Source: Patescibacteria group bacterium
GTDB taxonomy: Bacteria; Patescibacteriota; Patescibacteriia; UBA1558; GWA2-36-10
Length of the DNA: 64,000 bases
Direction: 5' to 3'
Assembly: GCA_018819405.1 (NCBI GenBank)
Contig: JAHJQF010000001.1
Span: 513,377-577,376 of the forward strand
Shown here: positions 29,374-40,545 of the stretch, in pieces
Layout of the letters: each line of letters starts with the position of its first letter
Numbering within the stretch: the stretch's first letter is position 1
Notes under the pieces: generated by a model
Databases searched by the model: none
The model's input: the letters and a program-made list of their open reading frames with translations, nothing else
What the model was told of the DNA's origin: nothing
Made by a program: the position numbers and the translations under genes

Positions 29374-30081
29374 ATGATTGAATGTAAAGATATAGTAAAA
29401 ATATACAAAACTGGAGATAGTGAGCTAAAAGTTTTGAAAGGCGTATCTTTTAAAATAGAAAAAGGTGAATTTGTAGCTATTATTGGTCCATCAGGTTCTG
29501 GTAAATCTACTTTGATGCATATTTTGGGAGCTTTAGATAGACCAAGTAGCGGTAGCTATATTTTGAACGGAAAAAATATTTTGGAATTTAGTGATGATGA
29601 TTTGGCTGATATTAGGTCACAACAAATTGGTTTTGTATTTCAGAGTTTTAATTTGCTATCTCGGGCAAGTGTGCTCAGAAATGTTCTATTACCTTTGATA
29701 TATAATACTAAAATCCTTAAGAGTAAAAGGATAAAAATGGCCGAAGAAGCTTTGATGGCATCTGGTCTTGATAAAGATCGTTGGCACCATTTATCAAATC
29801 AGCTGTCAGGTGGACAAATGCAGAGAGTAGCTATTGCCAGGGCGCTAGTCAATGAGCCGGACATTATTTTGGCTGATGAGCCGACTGGTAATTTGGATAC
29901 TAAAACTGGAGATATTGTGCTTTCAACTTTCAAAAAATTAAATAAAGAAAAAGGCCACACTATTGTATTGATTACTCATGAACGTTATGTAGCGGAACAT
30001 GCTGATAGGATTATAGAAATAAGAGATGGGGAGCTCATATCTGATAAAAGTACTAATAATGAATTATTAAAAGATAAATAA
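29374..30081 (+). CDS. MacB/LolD-type ABC ATPase
   Basis: GPSGSGKST, LSGGQMQRVAIARAL, ADEPTGNLD. Confidence 0.95.
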   Translation: MIECKDIVKIYKTGDSELKVLKGVSFKIEKGEFVAIIGPSGSGKSTLMHILGALDRPSSGSYILNGKNILEFSDDDLADIRSQQIGFVFQSFNLLSRASVLRNVLLPLIYNTKILKSKRIKMAEEALMASGLDKDRWHHLSNQLSGGQMQRVAIARALVNEPDIILADEPTGNLDTKTGDIVLSTFKKLNKEKGHTIVLITHERYVAEHADRIIEIRDGELISDKSTNNELLKDK

Positions 30082-30085
30082 TTTT

Positions 30086-31312
30086 ATGTTATTTTCTGAT
30101 TTAAGCCAAGAAACATATTTTTCCCTTTCGTCAAACAAATCAAGATCAATTTTGACTATCTTAGGTATTGTTATAGGCATTGGTTCTGTTATTACTATGA
30201 TTTCTATCGGTCAGGGTGCGGCAAAAAATATTGAAGCCAATATTCAGTCGCTAGGCTCAAATCTTTTAATTGTCATGCCCGGATCGCAGCGTTCAGTTGG
30301 TCAAGTCGCCAGAGGTGGATCTGGTTCAGCTACTACTTTGGTTTTGGATGATTCTACAGCAATTGCTGAAGCTATCAGTTCGGCTGATGCTATCGCTCCG
30401 ACAGTTACTTCAAGAAAACAGATCAAGACCACGACTGGTACAAATACCAATACTAGTATTTATGGGGTGACAGAAAGTTATGGCACTATAAAGAGTATTA
30501 GCATGGAGTCTGGTAATTTTATCAATGATAATTATGATAAAAAATTATCAAAGGTAGCTGTTTTGGGTCCGACTACTAGAGATGATTTATTTGGTGAGAA
30601 TGTAGACCCAACAGGACAAAAAATCAGAATTGATAATACAGAATTTACTATTATTGGTGTGACTGAATCAAAAGGAGGTAGTGGTTTTACCAATGCGGAC
30701 GATATTATTTATGTGCCACTCTCCACTGCTATGAAATATATCACTGGTAGCGAATCACTAAGTAATATAAATATTCAGATAACGGAGAGTGATTTAATGA
30801 CCTCAGCCCAAGAACAAGTTAATAGTTTATTACTTGCTAGACACAATATTGTTGATCCAACAGCGGCTGATTTTAGTATAGTTAATCAGGCGGATATTAT
30901 AGATACTGCTACTTCGGTGACAGATACTATGACTTTGCTTTTGGGGGCTATAGCTGGTATTTCTCTTTTAGTGGGTGGTATTGGTATTATGAATATGATG
31001 CTTACTACTGTCACGGAAAGAACCAGAGAAATAGGGCTTAGGAAATCTTTGGGTGCGAAAAATAATGATGTTAGTATTCAATTTTTAGCTGAATCCGTTG
31101 CTCTTACTTTTATTGGGGGTGTTATAGGAATTTTTATAGGTTGGCTGGCTTCAATTATAGTTACCAAGTTGAGCGGTACTACTACAGCAGTTACTTTATT
31201 CTCAGTACTTTTGGCTTTTGGTGTGTCAGCTTTTATTGGCATTGTTTTTGGCTATTATCCGGCTAGACGAGCTGCTAAATTAAATCCTATAGAAGCTTTG
31301 CGTTATGAATAA
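30086..31312 (+). CDS. MacB-type ABC permease
   Basis: RS.LT.LGIVIG, GGIGIMN.ML..V.ERTREIG.RK, PARRAAKLNPIEALRYE. Confidence 0.95.
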   Translation: MLFSDLSQETYFSLSSNKSRSILTILGIVIGIGSVITMISIGQGAAKNIEANIQSLGSNLLIVMPGSQRSVGQVARGGSGSATTLVLDDSTAIAEAISSADAIAPTVTSRKQIKTTTGTNTNTSIYGVTESYGTIKSISMESGNFINDNYDKKLSKVAVLGPTTRDDLFGENVDPTGQKIRIDNTEFTIIGVTESKGGSGFTNADDIIYVPLSTAMKYITGSESLSNINIQITESDLMTSAQEQVNSLLLARHNIVDPTAADFSIVNQADIIDTATSVTDTMTLLLGAIAGISLLVGGIGIMNMMLTTVTERTREIGLRKSLGAKNNDVSIQFLAESVALTFIGGVIGIFIGWLASIIVTKLSGTTTAVTLFSVLLAFGVSAFIGIVFGYYPARRAAKLNPIEALRYE

Positions 31313-31327
31313 TTTATTTTAAAAAAT

Positions 31328-31963
31328 ATGAAGAAAAATCATTTTATTTACATTTTTATTTTATTAGGTTTATTTTTTCTTTCTGGTTGTTCAAAAAATA
31401 AAATAAATAATTCTGAGACAAATACCAACATTCAACCAGATAATAGCTGGCAGGAAAATTTTGATGAGGTATCAGTTGGCGAATTTGTTTTGGGTGAGCG
31501 AGTAAGTGTTATGGGGGAGGAAAATTCAGAGGGAAGTATTGTAGCAACTAGTATTATTTTAATACCCAATGGACAGGAATTTCAAAATTTTGACCCGCCT
31601 GATATGGTAAACAATGTGCCTGATCAAAATAAAGAAAACTTTCCTACTAACAACATTAATAATACTGACCAGCCAAATTTTGATAGGGCAAGTCGTCCAG
31701 ATTTTCAAAATATGAGCGAAGAGGAGAGGCAAGCTAGGAGAGAACAGCTTATGGATAGTGGTGCTACTGCTGGCAATGTTAATCGAGCAGGACTTGGTGG
31801 CAACGCTCGTATCAATGGTGAGATATTGTCAATTAATGATAGCGGATTGACTATCAAATTAGCTGATGGTGGATCAAAATTGGTATTTTTTTCTAGTGAT
31901 ACTAAATTTCTAGCACCAAAAGCAATAAGTGATATAGAATCTCAAGAAGTGACAGAAGAATAA
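31328..31963 (+). CDS. Lipoprotein, DUF5666-like
   Basis: Lipobox LSGC; V.V.G....GSI.A and GEI......TIK..DGGSK.VF. Confidence 0.7.
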   Translation: MKKNHFIYIFILLGLFFLSGCSKNKINNSETNTNIQPDNSWQENFDEVSVGEFVLGERVSVMGEENSEGSIVATSIILIPNGQEFQNFDPPDMVNNVPDQNKENFPTNNINNTDQPNFDRASRPDFQNMSEEERQARREQLMDSGATAGNVNRAGLGGNARINGEILSINDSGLTIKLADGGSKLVFFSSDTKFLAPKAISDIESQEVTEE

Positions 31964-31989
31964 AAAAAATTAGACCCCGCACAGTTTGC

Positions 31990-32175
31990 CTATGCGGGGT
32001 CGATCTTTTTGGCGGCAGCCGAATGTACATGGCTGCCTTCGTTTTTATGGACCTTGGTGATACGGAATTTTCCAAGCCTTTCTACTTTGATTTCCTGGCC
32101 GACTGACAGGTCAGTTTCAGAATCGTATCTGAAAGTAGACACTGGCGAGCCGTAGAAGATTACCCAAATATGCAT
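31990..32175 (-). CDS. Small hypothetical protein (GC-richer cassette)
   Basis: AAGGAGG RBS before the ATG at 32175 (MHIWV...); hairpin over the stop. Confidence 0.6.
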   Translation of the reverse strand: MHIWVIFYGSPVSTFRYDSETDLSVGQEIKVERLGKFRITKVHKNEGSHVHSAAAKKIDPA

Positions 32176-32251
32176 GGAGAGCCTCCTTGCTCGAGGAAAA
32201 GAAAAAAACACTAGAACGAAAGAGTATAGTGTTTTTATTGTTTTTTGTCAA

Positions 32252-33088
32252 CTAGTTGGTGATTTTGGCTACTCGGAAGTGGCCAGCCAGATCTTTGATA
32301 AATTTGATTTTTACAAGAGGCATGTTTTCACTTATGATTTCTTCTATAGCCTTTTTTTGTTGGGGATCTATTTCTATAAGCACTAGATATTTTTTGGCTA
32401 AGTAGGTATTTATTTGGCCAAACATTTTTCGGTAATGATCTAATCCATCTTTGCCTGACAAGAGAGCTATTTTTGGTTCTTTTTTTATAGATTTTTCTTT
32501 GAGTTGTTCTGGTGTCAGATAAGGGAGATTGGCTATTATAATATCAAATTTTTGAGCTTTTATATTTTTGAGTAAATTGGATTTTAGGAATTTGATTTTT
32601 TTACTTAAACCAAGTTTGCGCGCATTGGTTCTGGCAGTTTTAAGAGCTTTATCAGATATATCAACAGCTGTATAAGAGGAGGTTTTTGGATTATTTTTGG
32701 CTATGGACAAAATCAGACAGCCACTACCTGTGCCAATATCTAGTATACTATTTTCTTTTTTTATATTTTTTAGCGCTTCTTCAACTATCAATTCACTTTC
32801 AGGGCGGGGGACAAGAGTATTTTTGGAGACCAAAAATTTGAGCCCATAAAATTCTCTGTAGCCTTTTAGATAAGCTAGTGACCAATTATCTTGTCTTTTT
32901 TTGATTAATTTATAAAAAGCTCTGACAGCCGCGGGGCCTATTTTTTTATCAGGATTTTTGTAGATATATTCTTTGGATTTTTTTAGAGACAAAGCTAAAA
33001 GATCATCAAGTTCAGCTGGCTCAAGTTGGCCAGCTGATTTTTGCAGTATTTCTTTTATTGTTTTTTTTGATCTTTGGCTGCTTGCCAT
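32252..33088 (-). CDS. prmC: Release factor glutamine methyltransferase
   Basis: [29 protein letters not shown]. Confidence 0.93.
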   Translation of the reverse strand: MASSQRSKKTIKEILQKSAGQLEPAELDDLLALSLKKSKEYIYKNPDKKIGPAAVRAFYKLIKKRQDNWSLAYLKGYREFYGLKFLVSKNTLVPRPESELIVEEALKNIKKENSILDIGTGSGCLILSIAKNNPKTSSYTAVDISDKALKTARTNARKLGLSKKIKFLKSNLLKNIKAQKFDIIIANLPYLTPEQLKEKSIKKEPKIALLSGKDGLDHYRKMFGQINTYLAKKYLVLIEIDPQQKKAIEEIISENMPLVKIKFIKDLAGHFRVAKITN

Positions 33089-34113
33089 AGTGGTTGTATA
33101 ATTTGCATTAAGTCACCATTTAAGATGCTATCCATATTATGCAGTGTCAGTTTGATGCGGTGGTCAGTCACTCTGTCTTGAGGATAATTGTAAGTACGAA
33201 TTTTTTCACTGCGGTCTCCTGTGCCAATCTGACTTTTTCTTTGGGCGGCATCTTTGGCCAGTTTTTCTTCTTCTAGTTTGGCTAGAATACGTGAGCGGAG
33301 GATTGACATGGCTTTTTCTTTGTTTTGTCCTTGAGATTTTTCGTCTTGGCAGGATACTACAGTATTGGTTGGTAGGTGAGTGATACGTACAGCTGAGTAG
33401 GTAGTATTGACCGATTGTCCACCAGCCCCAGATGAACAGAAAGTATCAATCCTGATATCTTTAGCTTCAATTTTTAAATCAATTTCTTCAGCCTCCGGCA
33501 TGACCGCTACGGTAGCGGCGCTGGTGTGGACACGTCCGGCTTTTTCTGTTTCTGGTACACGTTGCACGCGGTGGACACCACTTTCGTATTTGAAATGTTT
33601 GTAGACATTAGTACCGCTTACTTCAGCAATTATTTCTTTGAAGCCCCCAATCTCAGTACGATTTGATGACAAAGTTTTTATTTTAAAATCCATATTTTCA
33701 CAAAAGCGTGAGTACATGCGAAATAAATTGGCGGCAAAAAGGGCTGATTCATCACCACCGGTGCCAGCTCTGATTTCCAAGATTATATTTTTTTTGTCAT
33801 TTGGATCATCTGGATTTATTATTTCGTCCAATTTTTCTTCGTCATCTTGTATTTTTTTCTCCAAGGCATTTATTTCTTCTTGAGTCAGAGCAATCATTTC
33901 TTCGTCGCTTTCTGATTGTAGAGACAAGTGTAGACTCTCCAAATCATGTCTAGTTTTTTCTAGACTTTGAGCAAGAGACAGAGTTTCTTTGGCTTCGTAA
34001 TATTTTTTGCCAAGTTGTGACATTTTTTGGTTATCAGAAACAATCTCAGGTTTTTGCATTTGAGATTCTAGTTCGCTTATTTTTTCCTCAATTTGTTTTA
34101 TATCTATGGTCAT
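33055..34113 (-). CDS. prfA: Peptide chain release factor 1
   Basis: [36 protein letters not shown]. Confidence 0.98.
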   Translation of the reverse strand: MTIDIKQIEEKISELESQMQKPEIVSDNQKMSQLGKKYYEAKETLSLAQSLEKTRHDLESLHLSLQSESDEEMIALTQEEINALEKKIQDDEEKLDEIINPDDPNDKKNIILEIRAGTGGDESALFAANLFRMYSRFCENMDFKIKTLSSNRTEIGGFKEIIAEVSGTNVYKHFKYESGVHRVQRVPETEKAGRVHTSAATVAVMPEAEEIDLKIEAKDIRIDTFCSSGAGGQSVNTTYSAVRITHLPTNTVVSCQDEKSQGQNKEKAMSILRSRILAKLEEEKLAKDAAQRKSQIGTGDRSEKIRTYNYPQDRVTDHRIKLTLHNMDSILNGDLMQIIQPLWQAAKDQKKQ

Positions 34114-34210
34114 ATATTTTTGTTCCTGATTCAGGATGTTTTTGTCGCTTTTATTATAACAAAAAAGCCCCTATAAATCTAAGAGAGCTTTTTTGTAAAA
34201 GTTTGTGTAG

Positions 34211-34570
34211 TTATTTGTTGACTTTTTTGGCAGCTGGTTTCTTTTTGCTGGAAGCTTCAGTATTGGCTTTGATTTCAGCTTTTACTTTTTCTTTTTCTTT
34301 TTCCAATTTTCTTTCAGCTGCTTTGGCTTTTTTGATAGCCTTGCCTTTTCTAGTTTTAGCTGCTTTGACTTGCTGTTCTTTGATTTTTTTGAATCTATCA
34401 ACACGTCCGGCAGTATCTACCAGTTTTTCTTTTCCAGTATAAAAAGGATGACAGTGAGAGCAGATTTCTACGTGTATTTCTTTGACAGTAGAGCCAATAG
34501 TAAATACATGTCCGCAAGCACAGCTGACTTTTGCATCTGGATAATAAGTTGGGTGAATATCTTTTTTCAT
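34211..34570 (-). CDS. rpmE: 50S ribosomal protein L31 with Lys-rich extension
   Basis: [28 protein letters not shown]. Confidence 0.96.
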   Translation of the reverse strand: MKKDIHPTYYPDAKVSCACGHVFTIGSTVKEIHVEICSHCHPFYTGKEKLVDTAGRVDRFKKIKEQQVKAAKTRKGKAIKKAKAAERKLEKEKEKVKAEIKANTEASSKKKPAAKKVNK

Positions 34571-34708
34571 AGTATTTTTAAAATTTGATACTACAACACA
34601 ATAGCAGAAAGTCCATAAAAAGTCAACCTGTCTGCTGGTAAGCTGGGGGTATGAAAAAAAAGAGCCCCCGCCGCGCTTGGCGCGGCGGGGGCTGGTAAGG
34701 TATGGTCA

Positions 34709-34981
34709 TCAAATCCTCTTGAGAACGAGGTTTTTGATGTCCACCTCAAAGGGGCGGGGGACCAGGGGAACGGCCACCCGCACCATCAGGTCAAAGCCGA
34801 CTACGCAGTTGCTATTCGCTTCGTCGATGATGATGTGCGTGACGGTGGGTACGCTGAGCATGGTGCCTTGGGTACCGACCGGGATCTTGATGTCACCATC
34901 GTTGCCGGGGACAGTATAGTCCTCGACAAAAGTGATCTTCTGTCGCCAGAAGCTGCCGTCAACGGGGATTCTTTTTTCCAA
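34709..34981 (-). CDS. Hypothetical protein (GC-richer cassette)
   Basis: AAGGAGG RBS with TTG start; strong GC hairpin and T tract downstream (about 34653-34693). Confidence 0.6.
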   Translation of the reverse strand: MEKRIPVDGSFWRQKITFVEDYTVPGNDGDIKIPVGTQGTMLSVPTVTHIIIDEANSNCVVGFDLMVRVAVPLVPRPFEVDIKNLVLKRI

Positions 34982-34996
34982 GTCTTTCCTCCTTGA

Positions 34997-35182
34997 TTAG
35001 TTGTTCTGGACGCGGATCTTGGTGGCGGGGTTTTGGTCGGCCTTCGAGGTCTGGAGTTGGATATGACGGCACTTGGTGTCGCCGTCTTCGGCGTGGGACT
35101 GGTGCACTTTGCACCACTGTCCTTGAATCAGGCAGGGTTTGGCTTTCAGTGAAGGACTAAAAGCCTGGCAGCTTTGGCACAT
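34997..35182 (-). CDS. Small Cys/His-rich hypothetical protein
   Basis: AAGGAG RBS; CxxC, C, CxxH, CxH. Confidence 0.5.
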   Translation of the reverse strand: MCQSCQAFSPSLKAKPCLIQGQWCKVHQSHAEDGDTKCRHIQLQTSKADQNPATKIRVQNN

Positions 35183-35183
35183 C

Positions 35184-35645
35184 TCAATCTCCTTGTTCGG
35201 TGTAGTAGTGTTCGGTCGGGTAGTCTGGTAGGGATAACCCTAAAAACATGACTAAACTCATCAGCCCCATGAGAAAAGCGGATAGTACACAGACCCGAGG
35301 CACGGCCAACGAAGATGAATTGACAAAAAGCCAACTGACCCAAGTGACCCCGATGGATACTTTTAGCAGTACAAAGCCATCATTTTGCTGGCCAATAGTG
35401 GCTACGATCAACATTATGCCGGCCAGACTGGGCAGAATAGACAACCAATTGTAGTCTAGGAGCATCAGCGGACCACTGATGCCCAAAAGCACCATGGCCA
35501 GTACTTCGCGCCAGTTGGTCAGCGGACGGGCAAAGGTTAGCCCGACGATGGTCAGGCCCAAGCCGACCACGACAGGCTGGCTGTTGAATAAGGCTATAGC
35601 CAGCATGGTAAAAGCCGACAGGATGGTCAGTAGAACGGATTTCAT
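35184..35645 (-). CDS. Hypothetical membrane protein
   Basis: AAGGAG RBS; several hydrophobic segments. Confidence 0.65.
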   Translation of the reverse strand: MKSVLLTILSAFTMLAIALFNSQPVVVGLGLTIVGLTFARPLTNWREVLAMVLLGISGPLMLLDYNWLSILPSLAGIMLIVATIGQQNDGFVLLKVSIGVTWVSWLFVNSSSLAVPRVCVLSAFLMGLMSLVMFLGLSLPDYPTEHYYTEQGD

Positions 35646-35868
35646 GGTTTGTCTCCTTGAGTCAGGGTTTTAGCAGATGCGGAGGGTACAGAAGGTGTTG
35701 ATGTCTTCCGGAAAAGTAACCTATGTTTTTACCCCTTATCTTATGCGGATGTAAAATAACTTTAACTAGTATATATAAACTAATTTTGTCTTTTTTGTCA
35801 ATGATGTATTTAGGCCTTGCTTTTTTTGAATTTTTATGTTAAATTAATGTCTGTTTAATTTTAATTCA

Positions 35869-35919
35869 CCCCGTTAAATCCCCAACGGGCTAATCCGCTA
35901 GGCGGATTATTTAACGGGG
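35869..35919 (+). mobile_element. 51-bp element, AAAT subfamily
   Basis: CCCCGTTAAAT / ATTTAACGGGG with two inner hairpins; left flank TTTAATTCA, as at 46734. Confidence 0.8.
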
Positions 35920-35926
35920 TCAACAA

Positions 35927-35987
35927 GTATTTTGCCTGTGATTTTGGCATCCTTCCCCATTTTGGGGCGCTAAAATCAGTAAAATAC
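35927..35987 (+). promoter_or_regulatory. Structured rpsB leader (probable S2 autoregulatory RNA)
   Basis: GTATTTTGC/GTAAAATAC and TGATTTTGGC/GCTAAAATCA stems upstream of rpsB. Confidence 0.5.
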
Positions 35988-36028
35988 GGGTAAAGCCCGC
36001 TTTTGGCGAGGCTAGAAAGGAAAGAAAT

Positions 36029-36709
36029 ATGAGTTTACCAACACTAGAAGAACTTTTGAAGAGTGGTGTCCATTTTGGTCATCAGACTTCCAAAAGATAT
36101 CCAAAAGCGGCTTCTTATATCCACAGCCAGCGTGGCGGAGTACATATCATTGATTTGCAAAAAACCGTAGAAGGTCTGCAAAAAGCTATTGATTTTGTGA
36201 CCAAGCTGACCAAAGGAGGAGGCCTTATTTTATTTGTCGGCTCCAAAAAACAAGCCAAGGCAATTGTAAAAGAACAGGCCATTGGTTGTGGTATGCCATA
36301 CATTATTGGTCGCTGGTTGGGTGGGACTTTTACCAATTTTGAAAATATCGTCAAACTTACCAAAAAATTGGAAAAAATGGAGCGCGAAGAAGAAGATGGT
36401 ACTTGGGATCTTTATACTAAAAAAGAACAAGTAGTTTTCAAAAAAGAAATGGAAAAGCTTCAGGAGAATGTCGGTGGTATCAAACAAATGAAAAATTTGC
36501 CAAAAGCAATCTTTGTAGTTGATATCAAAAAAGAAAAAACCGCTATTGCCGAAGCCAATAAGATGAAAATTCCGGTCATTGCTATGGTTGATACTAATGT
36601 CAATCCAGAACTGGTTGATTATCCAATACCGGCCAATGACGACGCACTCAAATCAATTGAAATTATTACTAGCCTCTTGGCTGATGCTGTCAAAAAAGCT
36701 AGAGTTTAA
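36029..36709 (+). CDS. rpsB: 30S ribosomal protein S2
   Basis: GVHFGH, HIIDL, RWLGGTFTN, DTN..P, IPANDD. Confidence 0.98.
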   Translation: MSLPTLEELLKSGVHFGHQTSKRYPKAASYIHSQRGGVHIIDLQKTVEGLQKAIDFVTKLTKGGGLILFVGSKKQAKAIVKEQAIGCGMPYIIGRWLGGTFTNFENIVKLTKKLEKMEREEEDGTWDLYTKKEQVVFKKEMEKLQENVGGIKQMKNLPKAIFVVDIKKEKTAIAEANKMKIPVIAMVDTNVNPELVDYPIPANDDALKSIEIITSLLADAVKKARV

Positions 36710-36782
36710 TGAGATTTTGTAAAATGCTATCAAGTGTAGTAAAAGATTTTACACTTTTTAACTTTTAATTTGAAACAAAACT

Positions 36783-37556
36783 ATGTCACTTGAACTTATC
36801 AAAGAAGTAAGACAAATCACTGGCGCTGGCATGAGCGACGTCAAAGTTGCTTTGGACGAAGCAGGCGGTGATAGAGAAAAGGCTATTGAAATCCTTAGAA
36901 AAAAAGGACAGAAGATTGCTGCCAAAAAATCTGATAGAGAAATCAAAGAAGGTGTAATTGCTATTTCTTCTGGTGACAAAAAAGTGGCTTTGGTAGGACT
37001 AGGTTGTGAAACAGATTTTGTAGCCAAAAATGAAGATTTTCAAAACGCTGTATCTGAATTGTCAGCCAAGCTATTAGAAATGGGAAAAGATAATTTTTCA
37101 GATTGGGCTACCAAATATATTCAAGATGAATTGATTGTAAAAATTGGTGAGAATCTGCAATTGGTATTTTCAGAAATTTTTGAAGGCAATACCATTGGTA
37201 CCTATCTTCATTCCAATAAAAAAGTAGCTTCGGTTGTAGTCTTGTCCAGTGGCCAAGAAGAAATTGCCAAAGAAATTGCTATGCATACTGCCGCCCTTGC
37301 TCCAAAATATCTAAAGCCGGAAGAAGTCCCATCTGATGTCTTGGACAAAGAAAAAGAAGTTTATGCTGAGCAGCTCAAAAATGAAGGCAAGCCGGCTGAT
37401 ATGATAGCCAAAATTAGTCTTGGAAAAGTAAACAAGTTTTATAGTGAGGTATGTTTGCTCAAACAGCCTTATGTAAAAGATGATAAAAAATCTATAGAGC
37501 AGTTTGCTCAAGACAATAATGCAGTGATAGAAAAGTTTGGGTATTTTTCATTATAA
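36783..37556 (+). CDS. tsf: Elongation factor Ts
   Basis: R..TGAG, CETDFVA, IGEN, IAMH. Confidence 0.97.
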   Translation: MSLELIKEVRQITGAGMSDVKVALDEAGGDREKAIEILRKKGQKIAAKKSDREIKEGVIAISSGDKKVALVGLGCETDFVAKNEDFQNAVSELSAKLLEMGKDNFSDWATKYIQDELIVKIGENLQLVFSEIFEGNTIGTYLHSNKKVASVVVLSSGQEEIAKEIAMHTAALAPKYLKPEEVPSDVLDKEKEVYAEQLKNEGKPADMIAKISLGKVNKFYSEVCLLKQPYVKDDKKSIEQFAQDNNAVIEKFGYFSL

Positions 37557-37657
37557 TAAACCATAAAGCCCCGCAATAAAGCGGGGTTTTTTGATACTTG
37601 CTATTATCCAATCAATTTGCCATAATAATATTAAATAAAAATATAAGTATTATTTGT

Positions 37658-38362
37658 ATGAAAAAAAGAATAGTTATCAAAACATCAGGCGAGACTATGG
37701 GCAATGCCCGTTCTGAATCAAATTTGGATTTTAAAGAAATAAAAAGTCTAGCCCAATCTCTGAAAAAACTAGTCAATCTTGGCTATCAAGTGTCTGTCGT
37801 AGCTGGCGGTGGCAATATTTTTCGTGGCCGGATGATCAAAGGAGCGGAAATTGACAAAACTACAGCTGATCATATGGGCATGATGGCCACTCATATCAAT
37901 GCTTTGGCGCTGGAATCAATGCTTAATAGTATTGGTCAAAAATCAGTAGTGATGTCTCCTTTTTATGTGCCAAAAATTGTCAGGCCTATAAATTACCAAA
38001 AAGCGATTGAACATTTAGAAAAAAAGACAGTGGTTATTTTTGCGGGCGGTACTGGTAATCCTTATTTTACTACGGATACCAATATGATACTGCGTGCTTT
38101 GGAAATACAAGCGGAAGTTGTGTATAAGGCCACCAATGTCTTGGGAGTTTATGACAAAAACCCTCTTAAGTACAAAAATGCAAAATTGTACAGAACCTTG
38201 ACTTATGATGAAGCTCTCAAAAAAAGTTTAGAGGTGATGGATCAGACTGCTTTTGCTTTGGCTCGTGACAACCAGGTCAAAATTACGGTATTCAAATACA
38301 GTCCACAAAATTTGATCAAGGCAGTCACTAAAAATAATATTGGTACAAAAATTAGTAATTAA
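37658..38362 (+). CDS. pyrH: UMP kinase
   Basis: K.SGE, GGGNIFRG, AD.MGM.AT, GTGNPYFTTD, VMD.TA; start set to ATG 37658. Confidence 0.95.
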   Translation: MKKRIVIKTSGETMGNARSESNLDFKEIKSLAQSLKKLVNLGYQVSVVAGGGNIFRGRMIKGAEIDKTTADHMGMMATHINALALESMLNSIGQKSVVMSPFYVPKIVRPINYQKAIEHLEKKTVVIFAGGTGNPYFTTDTNMILRALEIQAEVVYKATNVLGVYDKNPLKYKNAKLYRTLTYDEALKKSLEVMDQTAFALARDNQVKITVFKYSPQNLIKAVTKNNIGTKISN

Positions 38363-38369
38363 AAACGGG

Positions 38370-39254
38370 GTGAAAGTAGTCAAAATACAATTTCATAGAT
38401 TAGACAAAGAATATTTTTTTCTGCCTGAATTTAGCGATGACAGTTCCGATATACAGGTAGGGGATTTTGTAGTAGTAGATACTAGTCTTGGTCAAGATAT
38501 AGGTCAGATTACCGGTTGGGATGAATTTGAATCAAGAGCCAAGGATAATAGTGAAGATAATTCCAAAAATACTCCTCAGCTTGTCCAAAATAGCATATCA
38601 GATGTCAAACAAATGACCAGAAAAGCTACGGAAAAAGATCTGCAAGATTGGGAAAATATAAAAGATTTATATCATAAATATTTGACAGAGTGCCGTGAAC
38701 TTTGTCGCAAGCTTGGACTCAAAGAAATGAAGCTCATAGATGCAGCCGAGTCTTTTGATAGAAAAAGATTGACTTTTTATTTTGTGTCTGATTCCAGAGT
38801 TGATTTTCGTGATTTGGTCAAAGAGCTGGTTAGGATTTATCATAAAAAGATTAGGTTACAGCAAGTTGGAGTGCGTGATGCCACCAAAATCTGTGGAGGT
38901 TTTGGGCCTTGTGGTCTGCCTTTGTGTTGCAGCTTGTGGCTAGAAGATGTCGGCAATGTATCTCCGGATTTTATAAAAGATCAGGAGCTTAGTCATCGTG
39001 GGGCTGACCGTCTGACTGGTCCTTGTGGCCGACTCAAATGTTGCTTGCGTTTTGAAGAAGAGGCTTATAAATACAATTTGGAAAAAATGCCAAAGGAAGG
39101 GGACATTATTAAAACTGGTGCTGGGAGAGGCAGAGTAGTATCTGTCCATCCTATGAAGCATACCGTGGAGTTGGAGATTGATGGGGCTCGTGTGGAGTAT
39201 CCTTACCTAGAAGGTAAGTTATGTGAAAAGAGTTGTTCTGAATCAGAAAGGTAA
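38370..39254 (+). CDS. ricT: RicT/YaaT (PSP1 domain) protein
   Basis: RVDFRDLVK.L, Q.GVRD, GG.GPCG..LCC, G.CGRL.CCL.FE; GTG start follows an AACGGG half-site. Confidence 0.85.
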   Translation: MKVVKIQFHRLDKEYFFLPEFSDDSSDIQVGDFVVVDTSLGQDIGQITGWDEFESRAKDNSEDNSKNTPQLVQNSISDVKQMTRKATEKDLQDWENIKDLYHKYLTECRELCRKLGLKEMKLIDAAESFDRKRLTFYFVSDSRVDFRDLVKELVRIYHKKIRLQQVGVRDATKICGGFGPCGLPLCCSLWLEDVGNVSPDFIKDQELSHRGADRLTGPCGRLKCCLRFEEEAYKYNLEKMPKEGDIIKTGAGRGRVVSVHPMKHTVELEIDGARVEYPYLEGKLCEKSCSESER

Positions 39255-39445
39255 TTTTTATTTTTAGATATAAAAGGTCGTTAGTCAAATAATGACTTTT
39301 TTGTTATAATATAAGCAAGTTGAAAGTTTCAAGCTGAAAGTTATAAAGTAGTTTAGTTAATTAGTTTTCCTATTAATATTTAATTATTCTAAAAACTTTT
39401 TATTAATTTGAACTTTTGATTTTTTAACTTTTTAAACTAATTTAT

Positions 39446-40453
39446 ATGGTAAAAAAGAAAATTCGTGTCGCTATCAATGGTTTTGGCCGTATTGGTCGGG
39501 CGGCTTTTAAGATTATATTATCTAGCAACAAATATGAAGTAGTAGCTATAAATGATTTGGCCTCAGCCGAGAGTTTGGCCTACCTTCTCAAATACGATAC
39601 AGTCTATGGGCGATATGATAAAAAAGTTTTAGCCAAGGGTAATGATATTTATGTAAATGGTAAAAAATATCAGATTACAGCCGAACCTGAACCAAAAAAA
39701 TTACCATGGAAAAAGATGAGAATTGATGTAGTATTGGAATGCACCGGGCGTTTTGTCAAAGATGGATTAGCAGCTGATCATATCAAAGCGGGTGCCAAAA
39801 AAGTGATTATCTCAGCACCGGCCAAAGGTGGAGGAGTGGATACATTCCTTTTGGGCGTCAATGAAAATAATTACAAAAATCAAAAAGTCATTTCCAATGC
39901 CTCTTGTACGACCAATTGTATTGCCCCAGTCGCTCAGATTATGGTCAGCAAATTTGGTGTGGAAAAAGCCATGATGACTACAATTCATTCATATACTGCC
40001 GATCAGAGCTTGGTTGATTCTCCACACAAAAAAGATGTGCGCCGAGGCAGAAGTGCTGCCCAAAATATTGTCCCGACTTCCACTGGTGCGGCAATTGCCA
40101 CTGGTCTAGTTGTGCCAGAACTAGCGGGTCTTTTTGATGGTCTGTCACTGCGTGTGCCAACACCTGTTGTTTCACTTTCAGATTTTACTTTTGTGCTCAA
40201 AAAAAATGTCACTGTCAAGCAGGTCAATGATGCTTTGACCAAGGCTAGTCAGTCCAAGCAGTACAAAGGCATACTGGGCGTGACTGATGAGCCAGTTGTT
40301 TCTTCTGATTTTATAGGGGACAAGCGTTCATCTATAGTGGATCTCAATCTTACTCAGGTAGTAGGTGGCAATATGGTCAAAGTAATTGCCTGGTATGACA
40401 ACGAATGGGGATACTCCAATCGTTTGGTAGAAATGATAGGTCAAATGAAATAA
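39446..40453 (+). CDS. gap: Glyceraldehyde-3-phosphate dehydrogenase type I
   Basis: INGFGRIGR, SNASCTTNC, WYDNEWGYS. Confidence 0.98.
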   Translation: MVKKKIRVAINGFGRIGRAAFKIILSSNKYEVVAINDLASAESLAYLLKYDTVYGRYDKKVLAKGNDIYVNGKKYQITAEPEPKKLPWKKMRIDVVLECTGRFVKDGLAADHIKAGAKKVIISAPAKGGGVDTFLLGVNENNYKNQKVISNASCTTNCIAPVAQIMVSKFGVEKAMMTTIHSYTADQSLVDSPHKKDVRRGRSAAQNIVPTSTGAAIATGLVVPELAGLFDGLSLRVPTPVVSLSDFTFVLKKNVTVKQVNDALTKASQSKQYKGILGVTDEPVVSSDFIGDKRSSIVDLNLTQVVGGNMVKVIAWYDNEWGYSNRLVEMIGQMK

Positions 40454-40545
40454 TCAAAAAAACCGGTCCAAAGATGGGCTGGTTTTTAGTATATAGACAA
40501 AAGTATATTTTCTAGATACAATAAAATGACCGAAATATAAGAAAT